Assembly (NCBI GenBank): GCA_010909165.1
Contig: VJWM01000197.1
Location: 310,001 to 374,000, forward strand
DNA from: Anthoceros angustus
Taxonomy: Eukaryota; Plantae; Anthocerotophyta
Length of the DNA stretch: 64,000 bases
Reading direction: 5' to 3'
Shown: one piece after another, positions 26,970-37,092 of the stretch
Numbering within the stretch: position 1 is the first letter of the stretch
Layout: every line of letters starts with the position of its first letter
The notes under the pieces: generated by a model
What the model was told of the DNA's origin: nothing
The model's database searches: none
The model's input: the letters and a program-made list of their open reading frames with translations, nothing else
Made by a program: the position numbers and the translations under genes

Positions 26970-27577
26970 CAACCTCACAACACGGATGAGGCGTCAAGTC
27001 TTGGCTTCCAGTCTAGGACCTCGCCAATTCACTCCACAAGAGACTTGCACGATTCTCAACGCCTCAACCTCACAACACGGACTAGGCTCCAAGTAGCCCG
27101 CCGCTGATCGACGACTCGCAGCCACCTCCTCGAGGTCTTGCTCTTTATTACAAGAATACAACGATGGAATCGGCTATCTCGCCCAGCTCGCCCTTGATTC
27201 CATGACAAGCTCACGCCCTTGATTCCATGACAAGCTCACTAGCTAGCTCTCCACTCTCTCAACACAAGGCTTGCAGGCGCTCTGCTCTCTCAAGAGTGAG
27301 TCCCACTTGTAACTTGTTCCTCAAAGCCCTTGCTCTAGCCCTTATATATCCAGCTGACCTTAACTAGGCATGTTAAATCTAGGGATTCTTACGGACCACT
27401 AATCACTAAGAGTCCTCTCTAGGCAGCTCTTCATTTGTGGCTGTAGCAATTCCTCTCTAACAAGAGATTGCATGAAGCATGCAACACATGCATCTTCTTA
27501 ACAGGGCAGCTACTAACTTAGCTTTTTACCTTTTTCAACTTTTCACCTTTCTACCTTATTTCACCAGTGCCGTTACT
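26970..27577 (-). repeat. 5' LTR (PBS-proximal end rearranged)
   Basis: Near-identical to 20012-20604; outer end gttact at 27572-27577 followed by the TSD. Confidence 0.9.
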
Positions 27578-27718
27578 CCGACTGTACTTTGTGGACTCTA
27601 GGTTCTTAACCTCTGCCTAAATAATCCATGATGAGCTACAAGTTTTTCCAATCGCCTCGTTCGAGTGACAACAAAGCGGGCCCCAAGCTGTGACCAACTT
27701 TGTTTCGGGCGTAGGGTA

Positions 27719-27944
27719 ATGGCGGTGTTGGAGGATGCGCCCGGTGTGCTGGTAGAGTGGGCACCGATCTACCTGGGAGCTCTTGCGCTTGTTCATGTGG
27801 CTGCGCTGGTATGTTTCTCCCATCCGCCGAATTCTCATTCCTTGCTTGTGCTCACTGACCTACTGGTGGCTGGTGTGATGGCAGGCCTTTTGGATCTTCA
27901 GCCTTCTGAATGACAAGGCGCCAGCCCGGCGGAAGGTGAACTGA
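27719..27944 (+). CDS. 49-aa single-pass membrane microprotein (exons 27719-27808, 27885-27944)
   Basis: MAVLEDAPGVLVEWAPIYLGALALVHVAAL|AFWIFSLLNDKAPARRKVN*. GTATGT donor, CTGAC branch site, CAG acceptor, phase 0. Recalls conserved small plant proteins with an HVxALxYW motif and a basic tail. Confidence 0.8.
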
Positions 27945-29248
27945 TGGCCGTGGAGCCGGAAAGGACACTGGGAACTACCTCACATGGCCAAGAACGTCCC
28001 TTTTCGTGAGATGCATGCCACCGCAACGCTGGGCGTGGAGGGTGCGAATTTTGTCCTTGTCATCCTGCTGCGGAGGGAAGGGAAAGATGATGCTGTTTTA
28101 AACCGTGCTTGACAGGACACACTTAGCAGAGAAGCAAGCAACAGATTGCGAAAACTCCTGATGCACTTCCAGGGCTGAAGTGTCTTTGCTTGGTAGATGA
28201 AAGAGTGAGACAGTGCGTGTTTCTTTGCTACATGTGTACATACATACAGACCATTGCTTAATAAACACGTTAGGTGAGGGTAAGAAAATCAACAGGTAGG
28301 AGTCCTAGTTTCTCAACATCCAATTTGAGCTGGGGACATTCTTGGAGGCTGCAAGTCGTCATCCCTGCTGCCGTGGGAGACGCAGTTTTGAGGAAAAGAA
28401 AACCAATAGATAGGTGTCCAAGTTCCTCATTATCCAATTTGATCAGGGGAGGTTCTTGGAGGAGGCAGCAAGTCGTCATCATCAAGTTGCTGCCGTGGGA
28501 GAAGCAAGTCGTAAGGGACTGTTGTACTGTTCCGGAAGAAATCCAAACTTGTATCCCAGGTGCATCAATGCGTCCTGTCCACTGCAGACATACGTGCAGG
28601 CCACAAACATACTCACCAGTTACAGCCTCCCTTGCCAGCTCGAATTCGATTCGGCTGGCAATAGGTTCCCGATCTTCCTTGCCACAATGTGCTTGGCCGT
28701 CGGAAAAAAGGGTTATTGCTGAAGACCAAAGGAGTAGGAAAAGGAAGACAAACAATATGTCGGATGTTGTATCAATCTCGACAGCAAACATACACATGTA
28801 GACAGTAACCAGCTGGCACTTCCACGTTTTAGTCGTCACAGACTATCAGAGAAGATCATTCAATTTCCTTTCATCATCAGATACAGGATCTCCCATGGAC
28901 AATGAGTCCTGATGCGTAAAAGACCTAACTCTCTCTGCGAGGGTACTAGCAATAACAGCTCTTCCCTGGCTCCCAATTTCTATCCTCCTTCCCGCATCAC
29001 CTCTACCTCTTCCTACATCCGGCCTGCCATATGCATCCTCCAACATTGGACACATTCGCTCCAGAATCTTCCAAGTCCGCCTTCATCGCGTCACCGAGAG
29101 GAGGAACTTTCGAGTAGGTACATCACTCATATCAAACCGTCCCACACTTTCCCATCAACATAAAGGCAGCCCTAGTTCTCCGACCCGTGCATGACGCTTC
29201 TGCAAAAGCCTAGACATCCCTGGCCATGCTTCAAGACCCCGACCTTCC

Positions 29249-30465
29249 TTAGCTCACCAGCGATGCCAGCCCGGCGCGCTCTCCCCGCTCCAACGCCGAT
29301 CCGGCCGAGTCCGGTCTCGGCACCAAGCTTCTCACCACCAGCTTCCGGTCCCCAACGATCTCCAACACCTCGGGCCGCCCGTCCCCGCATCCCTTAGACA
29401 AGCCGACGTCCACCCGCAGCACGCGATCATCGCACGCGGAGCTGATCCCCCGCTCCTGGATAGTATGCCCGACAATCATCCGCGCCGCGCCAGGAATCAG
29501 ATCCAAAGACCTCGCCAGCATCCTGCAATCGCATCTCCCCGCCTCTTCGTGCGAGAAATCACGAGACCAAACCACAGCATGCCTGCCGCTCACAGCGGCA
29601 GGCCCTCACCGGCCTTTCCGAGCATCCACTCCCGCACGTCTTCGTTGATCCGCCCGAGCCCGTACCCGGCGTGCGCGGGCAAAACACCGCCGTGCGCGAA
29701 AACGCTCCCTCCAACCATCACCACGGTGGGATGCTCCGCGAAGAACCTGGCCGAGATGGCGCCGCCCGGCCGGAGCGCGGCCACCCGCGCCCTGACAGTG
29801 TGCGGAAGGTTCTCGGGGACGCCATGCCACACGTCCTTCCCGAGCGGCGCGCCCGGGCACCGAGCCTTCAATCCCTGCCCGATGCCGTGCCACCGGGCCC
29901 AGCGCCGGAACTCCAAGAACCCGCCCTTGCTCGCGTACCTGAAGTTTCCCTCCATGTTCATCACCTCGTGGTTGCCATTGATGACATGCACGGCTCCCCC
30001 GGCCCGCGCCGCCTGCCGCCGGAGTTTCTCCAGAAGGTAGAGGATGCGGAGCTCCTGCGAGCCCCGGTCCAGGAGGTCCCCGACCTGGACCACCACGGTG
30101 GAGCCGCCGATCCAGTCGTCATGCTCATCCACCACCCGGGCCAGCCGCAGCGCGCTCCTCGCCTTCTCCTCGTCGCCATGCAGATCTCCTATGGCCACGA
30201 CGCGCTCTGCAGCCGGGTGCCGCATCGGCTCGCCATCGCCGCCTTCGCAGCCTGGAGCAGAAGCAGGAGGAGCAGGGGGCTTTCCCAGAACCTGCCCGCC
30301 TACCACGAAATCCACAAACGCGTCGACGAAATCCGACACCAGCTCGGGGACATCGCTGCATGGTCTCGAAACCGCGCGCGCATCGTCCTCGCCGTCCCCG
30401 TTTTCCGCCTTCCGGGAAGGCCCGATGCTCGGCAAGCCCGGCATTCTACCCGAGTGCACACGCAT
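29249..30465 (-). CDS. SLP2: Shewanella-like protein phosphatase 2, intronless and GC-rich, with one apparent frameshift at ~29592
   Basis: C..VPELVSDFVDAFVDF N-terminal motif, GDLHG, GDLLDRG, GNHE, HGG, CDC, GHTIQ, VDVGLSKGC. ORFs 29590-30465 and 29249-29593 together give the full protein. Confidence 0.93.
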
Positions 30466-30895
30466 TCGGACAAGGGCCAGGCCAACGACTTAATTTGCAC
30501 TTTACGCAATTTAAGTTAGTCCTTTATTTATTAAGGTACTTAAGAAAAGTTAGCATAAGGATGGAATTAGGGCTAGAGACCTACTTCTTGTCTCGGCCAG
30601 TTTTGAATTGGGAGTGCTGAAAAAGAGAGTTAGCTAGCTTCCTGGTGTGTCAGTCTCCCTCTCCCTGCCTGCAAGGCGATATTAGTTGGGTGCTTTTTTC
30701 ATGTGGATGTTTTAAGATATGCGGTAGCTTGAGCAATTGTAGCCAGTGCATGGTGTTGATGAAAAGGTCTCACTTACGGGATCAGAACTCTCAAAATGTT
30801 GCAAGGATAAACCCTCTGAAAATGTTGTAAGGATAAACCTCTATCAGATGAGTTTAGACCTTTGGGAGAAAGGATTACAAGGAAAGTAGAAGGTT

Positions 30896-32511
30896 ATGCA
30901 TCAAGGGTCTAGGGAGATTGAGCCATGGCGTTGGCGTACCTCAAACATGGAGTATGGAAGATTTTACGATGAATTGAGACATGAGGTATTTATTTGTTAT
31001 AATATAGTATAATAGAGGAGCCTGAAGCAATGACCATGTATTGCATAGCTGAATGATTGTGTCATTTGTCTAGGGTAAGAAGAAAGAAGCCTTGCATATA
31101 GATTGCCAGCTCAAACTTGCTGCTCTGAGTAAAGAGTTGGCGGATTGTCGCGCTCAGCTCGAGCATATGCGAATGCGAATTGCTTCCACTACTCCTTCAG
31201 GTTTTTTTACAAAGGGACTATAACTTATAGAATTTAAAGATTTTCAAAGTTTGAAAGTATGTAGAGTGCGATGTCATAATTGATTTTTACAATGTGGTTA
31301 ATTTTTTAAGAGCATATGGGTGCGACAACCCCTGTGATGAGCATTTGTAGTCCTCAACATCCTGTGAAGTCCAAAGGATCGACAAAGATAGAGGTGTCTT
31401 CTGATTGTCCAAAACATCATAAGAGTAAGCCAAATCCAAGCAGTAAACATGCGAGGAAGGAATATGGAAGATCCGAAACATGTGAAGAGCGAAAACATAT
31501 TTCATCCCCTATGAAAAAGTAAGTTTGTAAAGTCTTAGATGCAAAAAGATGTTTTCCAATCTTTAAGGGAAAGAAAGATAATATGAGCATATATGAACAC
31601 TAATTTTTTCTAGAAGATTAGGACCTCTGCAATAAAGAATATTTTATTCTATCAGTACTAGTACTTTATTCTGTCTCCACTTTGTTTTGTAGGAGAGCAT
31701 GGCCAGAGGAAGAAGAAAAGAAGCCACATCGCTTCAAGCGCCCTCATATACCTAGACACAAGGCACTCACAGATGATAGGCCAGTGACAGCACATCCTGA
31801 AACAGCCAAGTACAACTTCTACAAATATTATGGTATCTTATAATTTTTTTCATTATCAAATACAAAATACATATCTTGTAACAATTAGGAATAAATATGA
31901 AAATAACATATTATTTCCTTTTTGATCACAAGGCCTACTTACCTCAATAGATCCTCAAATACATATAAGCTTTTTTATTTTTTGGTTGACAAGAAAGCAA
32001 AGACATTCTCTACAAGATCCAATAGAACAAATATGTCACATGTTTTGAAATTGGACTATAAGTTTGAAATGTGTATGTAGGTAATGGCGGTCAGAGCGTT
32101 AAAGCCAATGGGAGCCAAACCTACAAACATACTTCAAAATTCCCCTCATCAAAATCTTATTTTTAACATAATTTTTTTCAAAATAATTTTCTCACACCTA
32201 CACATAGGTTCATAGATACAAATTTAGATATTGTGCATTTGGAAGATTGTACTTCTTCCTTCTATAACACACACTTACTTGATGTAATGGTTCTTTTTGC
32301 TCTTCATGTTGCATTAAGGTCTTCTCAATATGAAAGTTACTTTGAAATTATAAACCTTCATGAATATACGAACATTTGGCAATAAAAAAATAAGTTGACA
32401 TGTCATGTACTCAATGTAGGTTATGGAGGCCAAGGTGCTAAGACTAGTTGGGCCCATAACTATCCTTTGGGGCTTGAACCTCCTTATGCCATGAGGCTTC
32501 GAATTTACTGA
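30896..32511 (+). CDS. Hypothetical spliced orphan protein (~218 aa); exons 30896-30985, 31074-31200, 31311-31518, 31693-31832, then 32081-32166 or 32420-32511
   Basis: Four consecutive AT-rich GT-AG introns with matching phases (0,1,2,1) keep one frame open. Exon 2 is coiled-coil-like (LKLAALSKELADCRAQLEHMR). The start codon is uncertain. Confidence 0.6.
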
Positions 32512-32828
32512 TTGTGCGAGAAATCAACAAGTGCTAGTTCTAGTGAAGGCTCGACAATTCATTTCAATCAGCTTCCAAGTCAAGGTTTGTTAGTGCTAGC
32601 TCATCTATAAATACAACTTTAGTGCATGAAGATAAACCATGACAAAGTGCACTTCATCATGTATATTCACGTTCCTCAAGTTGCACCTCTAGAAATACTT
32701 ACACAGGGGCTATTGAGAATTTGTCCTGAAAAGAACTAAGGAACTAGGAAACTTAATGGGCAAACCTTTATCATGAATGAAATTTGAGAATCTTCTAAAA
32801 TAATTCTTCTCTCAAAATTAAAATTACA

Positions 32829-34748
32829 TTATGAACTATTTGGTGACTTTGGTGGATTTGTTTGAGATCTAGTTGATCTTGTTCCAGTCGGAGTTGTTGA
32901 TCTTGTTTCAGTGTTAGTTGTTGACGCTGTATTCACAGCTTGCCAATACGGTCCCAAATCATGATCTAATAAATCTCTCTTCATCTTTTTATTGGGAGGT
33001 CGAAAGTCATCATTGACAACAGGTTTCCTAGGTCCAATAACACGCAATCTATACTTACTATAATCTGTTGGATCGTCTATTGGATCATCATCATCGTCTG
33101 AATCATCATCACTGTCTGAATCATCATCATTATGAGCATCAATTTGCAATTGAGCATTAGGATTCTCAAGCATGATTGCAGGATTCATAGGGATACTAGC
33201 AAGATTTCCATGTATAATAGTAGAATTCTCAGGCATAACAATAGAATTTTCAGGCATAACAGTAGGATTCTCAGGCATAATAGTAGAATTCTGAGGCATA
33301 ACAATAGAATTCTTAGACATAACAGTAGGATTCTCAAGCATAGAAGTAGAATTCTCGGGCACCTTAGGAGGAGCCATCGTTTGATCTCCATCCACAGTAG
33401 ACACCTTAGCAGTAGTCATTCGAAGCGCATCCAACATTAAGGGAGAGTTTTTAGGGAGACCCTTTATCTTAGCACGAGCTCTCTCTACACGCTCTTCATG
33501 TAGCTGTACATTCTTTTCAAGCATTGAGGGAGACACCTTAGCAGGGTCAGTCATTTGACGCTCATCCTCATCCGATGTTAAGGGTTTATTTAAGTAATCC
33601 TTATCTGGACCATAATGTATTGTTTCTTTGTGGTGACGAAGTGCGTACACACTTCTATCCTTCCTTATTTTTAGCACTCGAGGTGGTGCATTGTTTAGAC
33701 CGCTCGACATTCCAACATCAATCAGCCACACAGAGTGCTTACAATGGTGTACAATTTCCCCATCTCGTTGTATTGTATGACCAACTACCATTCGAGCCAT
33801 TTCAGGAATTTGTTCACGAAGCTCTTCCATTATTTCACACTCATCTCCTTCTCTAAGTTTATCATAAGCTCGCGTAAATGTTATAGCATCAGGATATGAG
33901 TGGAGAACATGAGGAAAGGTTCTCTCTCCTTTCATCCATTCACTTGCAATTGTGTTTATTCTTTTTAAGCCTCCGTCTTTTGATATGTTTGCGGTTGTCA
34001 CTCCTGCATGTGCAAACACGGTGCTTCCAACTATCAATCCAACTGGATAATTGGAAAGAAAACGGGTTGTTATAGGCCCTCCTGGTCTTAATGCCTCTAG
34101 ACGAGCTTTCAGGGATGGAGCTAGCTTTGGTATATCATCTAGATCTTTTTGTGGTCTATCATATTTTACTCCCTCACATCTTCTCTTATAAGCTTGTCCA
34201 ATGGAATACCATTTCTTCCAATTAAGGAAATCTTTAGCACCTCCCTCATTGACATAATAATGATTTCCTCTTATATTAGAAACTTCATGGTTACCCACTA
34301 ATATAATCACATCCCCACCTTGCCTTCTTGCTTGAGCTTTTAACTTCTCAAGCAAATACAATATTTTCAGCTCGCCTCCTCCTCTATCAAATATGTCACC
34401 AACTTGCACCACTGTAGTCTTGTGTCCAATCCAATCTTGTGTGCGACTATTCATTACCTTACCTAAAACAAGCGAGTCCTTGGCTTTCTGGAAGTCCCCG
34501 TGAAGGTCACCTATTGCAATCAGGCGTTTCACATGTGGTAAGCTATCTCTAATATTTGGTTCAACATATTGATTGATTGGATTGGTTCGACTCATCTCAA
34601 ATAAAGTCCTTTTACTTGGAGACCTTTGAAAGGGTGGAAATACGGTTTTGCAAGGTAAGATTTGGCCCCCAACATGATAGTCTACAAAAGCGTCTACAAA
34701 GTCTGAAATAAGTTCAGGAACTACATTACAAACAGAAGGAGGGGCCAT
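32829..34748 (-). CDS. SLP2-like metallophosphatase with a ~260-aa C-terminal extension (639 aa, intronless, AT-rich)
   Basis: VCNVVPELISDFVDAFVDY, GDLHG, GDIFDRG, GNHE, HAG, GHTIQ, IDVGMS. The tail has heptad repeats, a D-rich tract and a basic/SP-rich end. Confidence 0.93.
   Translation of the reverse strand: MAPPSVCNVVPELISDFVDAFVDYHVGGQILPCKTVFPPFQRSPSKRTLFEMSRTNPINQYVEPNIRDSLPHVKRLIAIGDLHGDFQKAKDSLVLGKVMNSRTQDWIGHKTTVVQVGDIFDRGGGELKILYLLEKLKAQARRQGGDVIILVGNHEVSNIRGNHYYVNEGGAKDFLNWKKWYSIGQAYKRRCEGVKYDRPQKDLDDIPKLAPSLKARLEALRPGGPITTRFLSNYPVGLIVGSTVFAHAGVTTANISKDGGLKRINTIASEWMKGERTFPHVLHSYPDAITFTRAYDKLREGDECEIMEELREQIPEMARMVVGHTIQRDGEIVHHCKHSVWLIDVGMSSGLNNAPPRVLKIRKDRSVYALRHHKETIHYGPDKDYLNKPLTSDEDERQMTDPAKVSPSMLEKNVQLHEERVERARAKIKGLPKNSPLMLDALRMTTAKVSTVDGDQTMAPPKVPENSTSMLENPTVMSKNSIVMPQNSTIMPENPTVMPENSIVMPENSTIIHGNLASIPMNPAIMLENPNAQLQIDAHNDDDSDSDDDSDDDDDPIDDPTDYSKYRLRVIGPRKPVVNDDFRPPNKKMKRDLLDHDLGPYWQAVNTASTTNTETRSTTPTGTRSTRSQTNPPKSPNSS
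33154..33363 (-). repeat. Coding 21-bp tandem repeat, ~10 units (MPENSTI/MPENPTV)
   Basis: ggcataacagtaggattctca variants recur at 21-bp period. Confidence 0.9.
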
Positions 34749-35943
34749 GTCAAGGTAGCTATTTCCTTGGTCATATATTACCCAATATCAAAATCTAGTT
34801 ATGTAAATAGAAGAACAGGCCATGTGAAGGTAACTATTTCTTTGGTCATATATCACCCAATATCAAAATGTAGACTATTTTCTTTTTTGTACAAGATTTA
34901 TTAACGTGTATCTGCTATTATTCTTTCTCACATTAAATAAAATTCCTCTAAGAATTTGTAATACCCATCTATTTAAACAAATCATTTATTTATCCACTTG
35001 ATATATACACGGTTTGACAAGAAGAAGATGCCACCTTGCTACAATACTCATGTTTATTAACCGAGCAATAAAAATTGTGGACATACTACCAAGTAGTTAT
35101 TGTCCACATTCAATGCAATACTTTTCTTGCATTTCTAAGTATATATAAGTACTTTCATCTGTTACCTTTTCAGCTAAACTATAGTATAGAACATATTTTA
35201 AGAAGGATGTTTCTTACGCTTCAAAAGGACCCTTGGAAGGCTTTAGGATTATGTCAAATATTACTACATCTCGGCACGATATATGTTAAAAAAAATTTAC
35301 TTCATGATGATTCATAGGTTTATTATGTTATAGCTATATGTATCCTGCCTCATGTTTAATCTTGTCGAGACATGGAAGTTGTTGATGTTGTCTTTTCAAT
35401 ACTTTTAAAGTTCATATTATTGATATCATAAGAAACTAGTTTCTATTTTAACGATTGAGGAGGATGTTATAATTTAGTATTTATGTATATGTTGTATAAC
35501 AATGATTATGTCGATCTTAATCCACTTAAACATAGAGATGGAATGATGTTGCTGGAATTCTTTGATCAAGTTTGAACATATAGACGTTTTCTATGAAGAT
35601 TGTGTTTTTTTTATTAAAGGTCCACTAACATGATGATAACAAACAACATTGAATTTTATTGGAGTTAAGTGCAAAGTCTTGATTTGACTATATTTCTAAA
35701 GAGCTTGATTTGACTATGTCCATACTAGCCATCTAAATGCAAGAGCAAATTGTGGAATGACTTGATTTGATTACCTAAGTTAGTGACCATCTACATAAAG
35801 GGAAGAGTGTGTATCAAGTGTTTATCATATAAGCGGTTTCCCATTTTGTAATTAAGTAATTTTACAAGCTTAAAAATAATTTTAGAATAGAAATCAAAAA
35901 ATAAATTTATTTTCTTTTTATTTTAATTTTAAGATTCAATGGA

Positions 35944-37092
35944 CTATTTCCAAAAATTAAAAAAAGATTTTTTAGGAGGGCCGATATTTCTAATACCATC
36001 GGCATTAATTGCATTTAGCATATTATCATTTATTATTTCTAATATTTCAGGTTCAGCATTCTTTATGTTTCTGCACATTCCTACGTCTATTAAGTACAAG
36101 GTGTGTTTGCAATGGTGGGTTATTACACGAGCCTTTTGGACAGAATGACCAACCACCATTCTCTCCATTCCAGGAATTAATCTACAAAGTTCTTTCATAA
36201 CACTACATTCAGGTCCTTCCCTAAGTTCATCATATTTTCGTGTTTGAATTAACGAATTCATTTCCCCAACAGGTCTTGGTGCTTTGAAGCTTGCCTTTCC
36301 TTCCATCCATGGTAAGGACAATTTATTTATTTCGTGTAATCCGCCATCAGCAGTAATGTTCTTTTCTAAGACTCCAGCATGTGCAAACACGGTACTTCCT
36401 ACCATTATCCCAATTGGATATCTAGCCAAGAAACGAGCAGTTATTGGACCTCCTGGTCTTAAAGCTTCCATCCTACCTACCAAAGAGGGAGGTATCTCTG
36501 GGATAGAGTCTAGATTTTCTGGTTTAGCATACACTGTCCCTAAACATCTTCTTTTCAAAGACTCTCCAAGGTTATACCATCTTCTCCAATTGACAAATTC
36601 TTGAATGCCATCCCGAGTAGTGTCTTGCCACCTAGCTAAAGCATTTCGAACCTCATGATTCCCGATTAAAACAATAACATTCCCACCTTTTCTTGAGGCT
36701 TGTCTTTTAAGTTTTTCTAACAAGTACAATATCTTAAGTTCCCCCCCTCCTCTATCAAAAATATCACCAATTTGCACCAAAAATGTATTTTTTCCAATCC
36801 AATTGTCGTTGCTATCTAGCAATTTAGCTATACGAAGTGCTTCTTTAGTCTTCTCATAGTCACCATGAACATCACCAATTGCAATAAGACGCTCCACTTT
36901 AGGAAAGATGGTAGTAGGTTCAAATTTAAATGAATTGTTGGGTGTTTTGGTGCCCTGCTTAAACTCTTCCAGGCTATTTGGCGGAAATTTTATGTTGCAA
37001 CCTAAAACTTGGCCTCCAACATTAAAATCCACAAAAGCATTCACAAATTCAGAAACAAGTGCAGGTATGCAAAAACATACAGATCTAGCCAT
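35944..37092 (-). CDS. SLP2-like metallophosphatase (382 aa, intronless, AT-rich)
   Basis: CIPALVSEFVNAFVDF, GDVHG, GDIFDRG, GNHE, HAG, GHSVQ, IDVGMC. A TATA-like sequence lies ~50 bp upstream (37143-37149). Confidence 0.93.
   Translation of the reverse strand: MARSVCFCIPALVSEFVNAFVDFNVGGQVLGCNIKFPPNSLEEFKQGTKTPNNSFKFEPTTIFPKVERLIAIGDVHGDYEKTKEALRIAKLLDSNDNWIGKNTFLVQIGDIFDRGGGELKILYLLEKLKRQASRKGGNVIVLIGNHEVRNALARWQDTTRDGIQEFVNWRRWYNLGESLKRRCLGTVYAKPENLDSIPEIPPSLVGRMEALRPGGPITARFLARYPIGIMVGSTVFAHAGVLEKNITADGGLHEINKLSLPWMEGKASFKAPRPVGEMNSLIQTRKYDELREGPECSVMKELCRLIPGMERMVVGHSVQKARVITHHCKHTLYLIDVGMCRNIKNAEPEILEIINDNMLNAINADGIRNIGPPKKSFFNFWK

Larger units (their letters stand above)
20012..27577 (-). 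mobile_element. Ty3/gypsy chromovirus-type LTR retrotransposon with an internal ~1.87-kb tandem duplication; TSD CCGAC
   Basis: Gag CCHC (CYSCGE.GHYANEC across a frameshift), RT (PFGLTNA, YLDD), integrase ([40 protein letters not shown]) and chromodomain-like [12 protein letters not shown] at 25118-25128 and 26957-26967, PPT at 20605-20613, CCGAC at 20007-20011 and 27578-27582. Confidence 0.97.

Noticed and set aside
28270-28839. 189-aa and 175-aa overlapping ORFs with an internal diverged repeat
   Set aside because: No recognisable domain, and the region is plausibly UTR or intergenic between convergent genes.
29465-30519. Long plus-strand ORFs (191, 282, 149 aa)
   Set aside because: Antisense shadows of the GC-rich SLP2 coding sequence.
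32829-37092. Bacterial or viral horizontal transfer origin of the AT-rich intronless phosphatases
   Set aside because: They carry the plant SLP2-type N-terminal PxLxSxFVxAFVD motif and sit next to SLP2, which is natively intronless. Tandem duplication is simpler.
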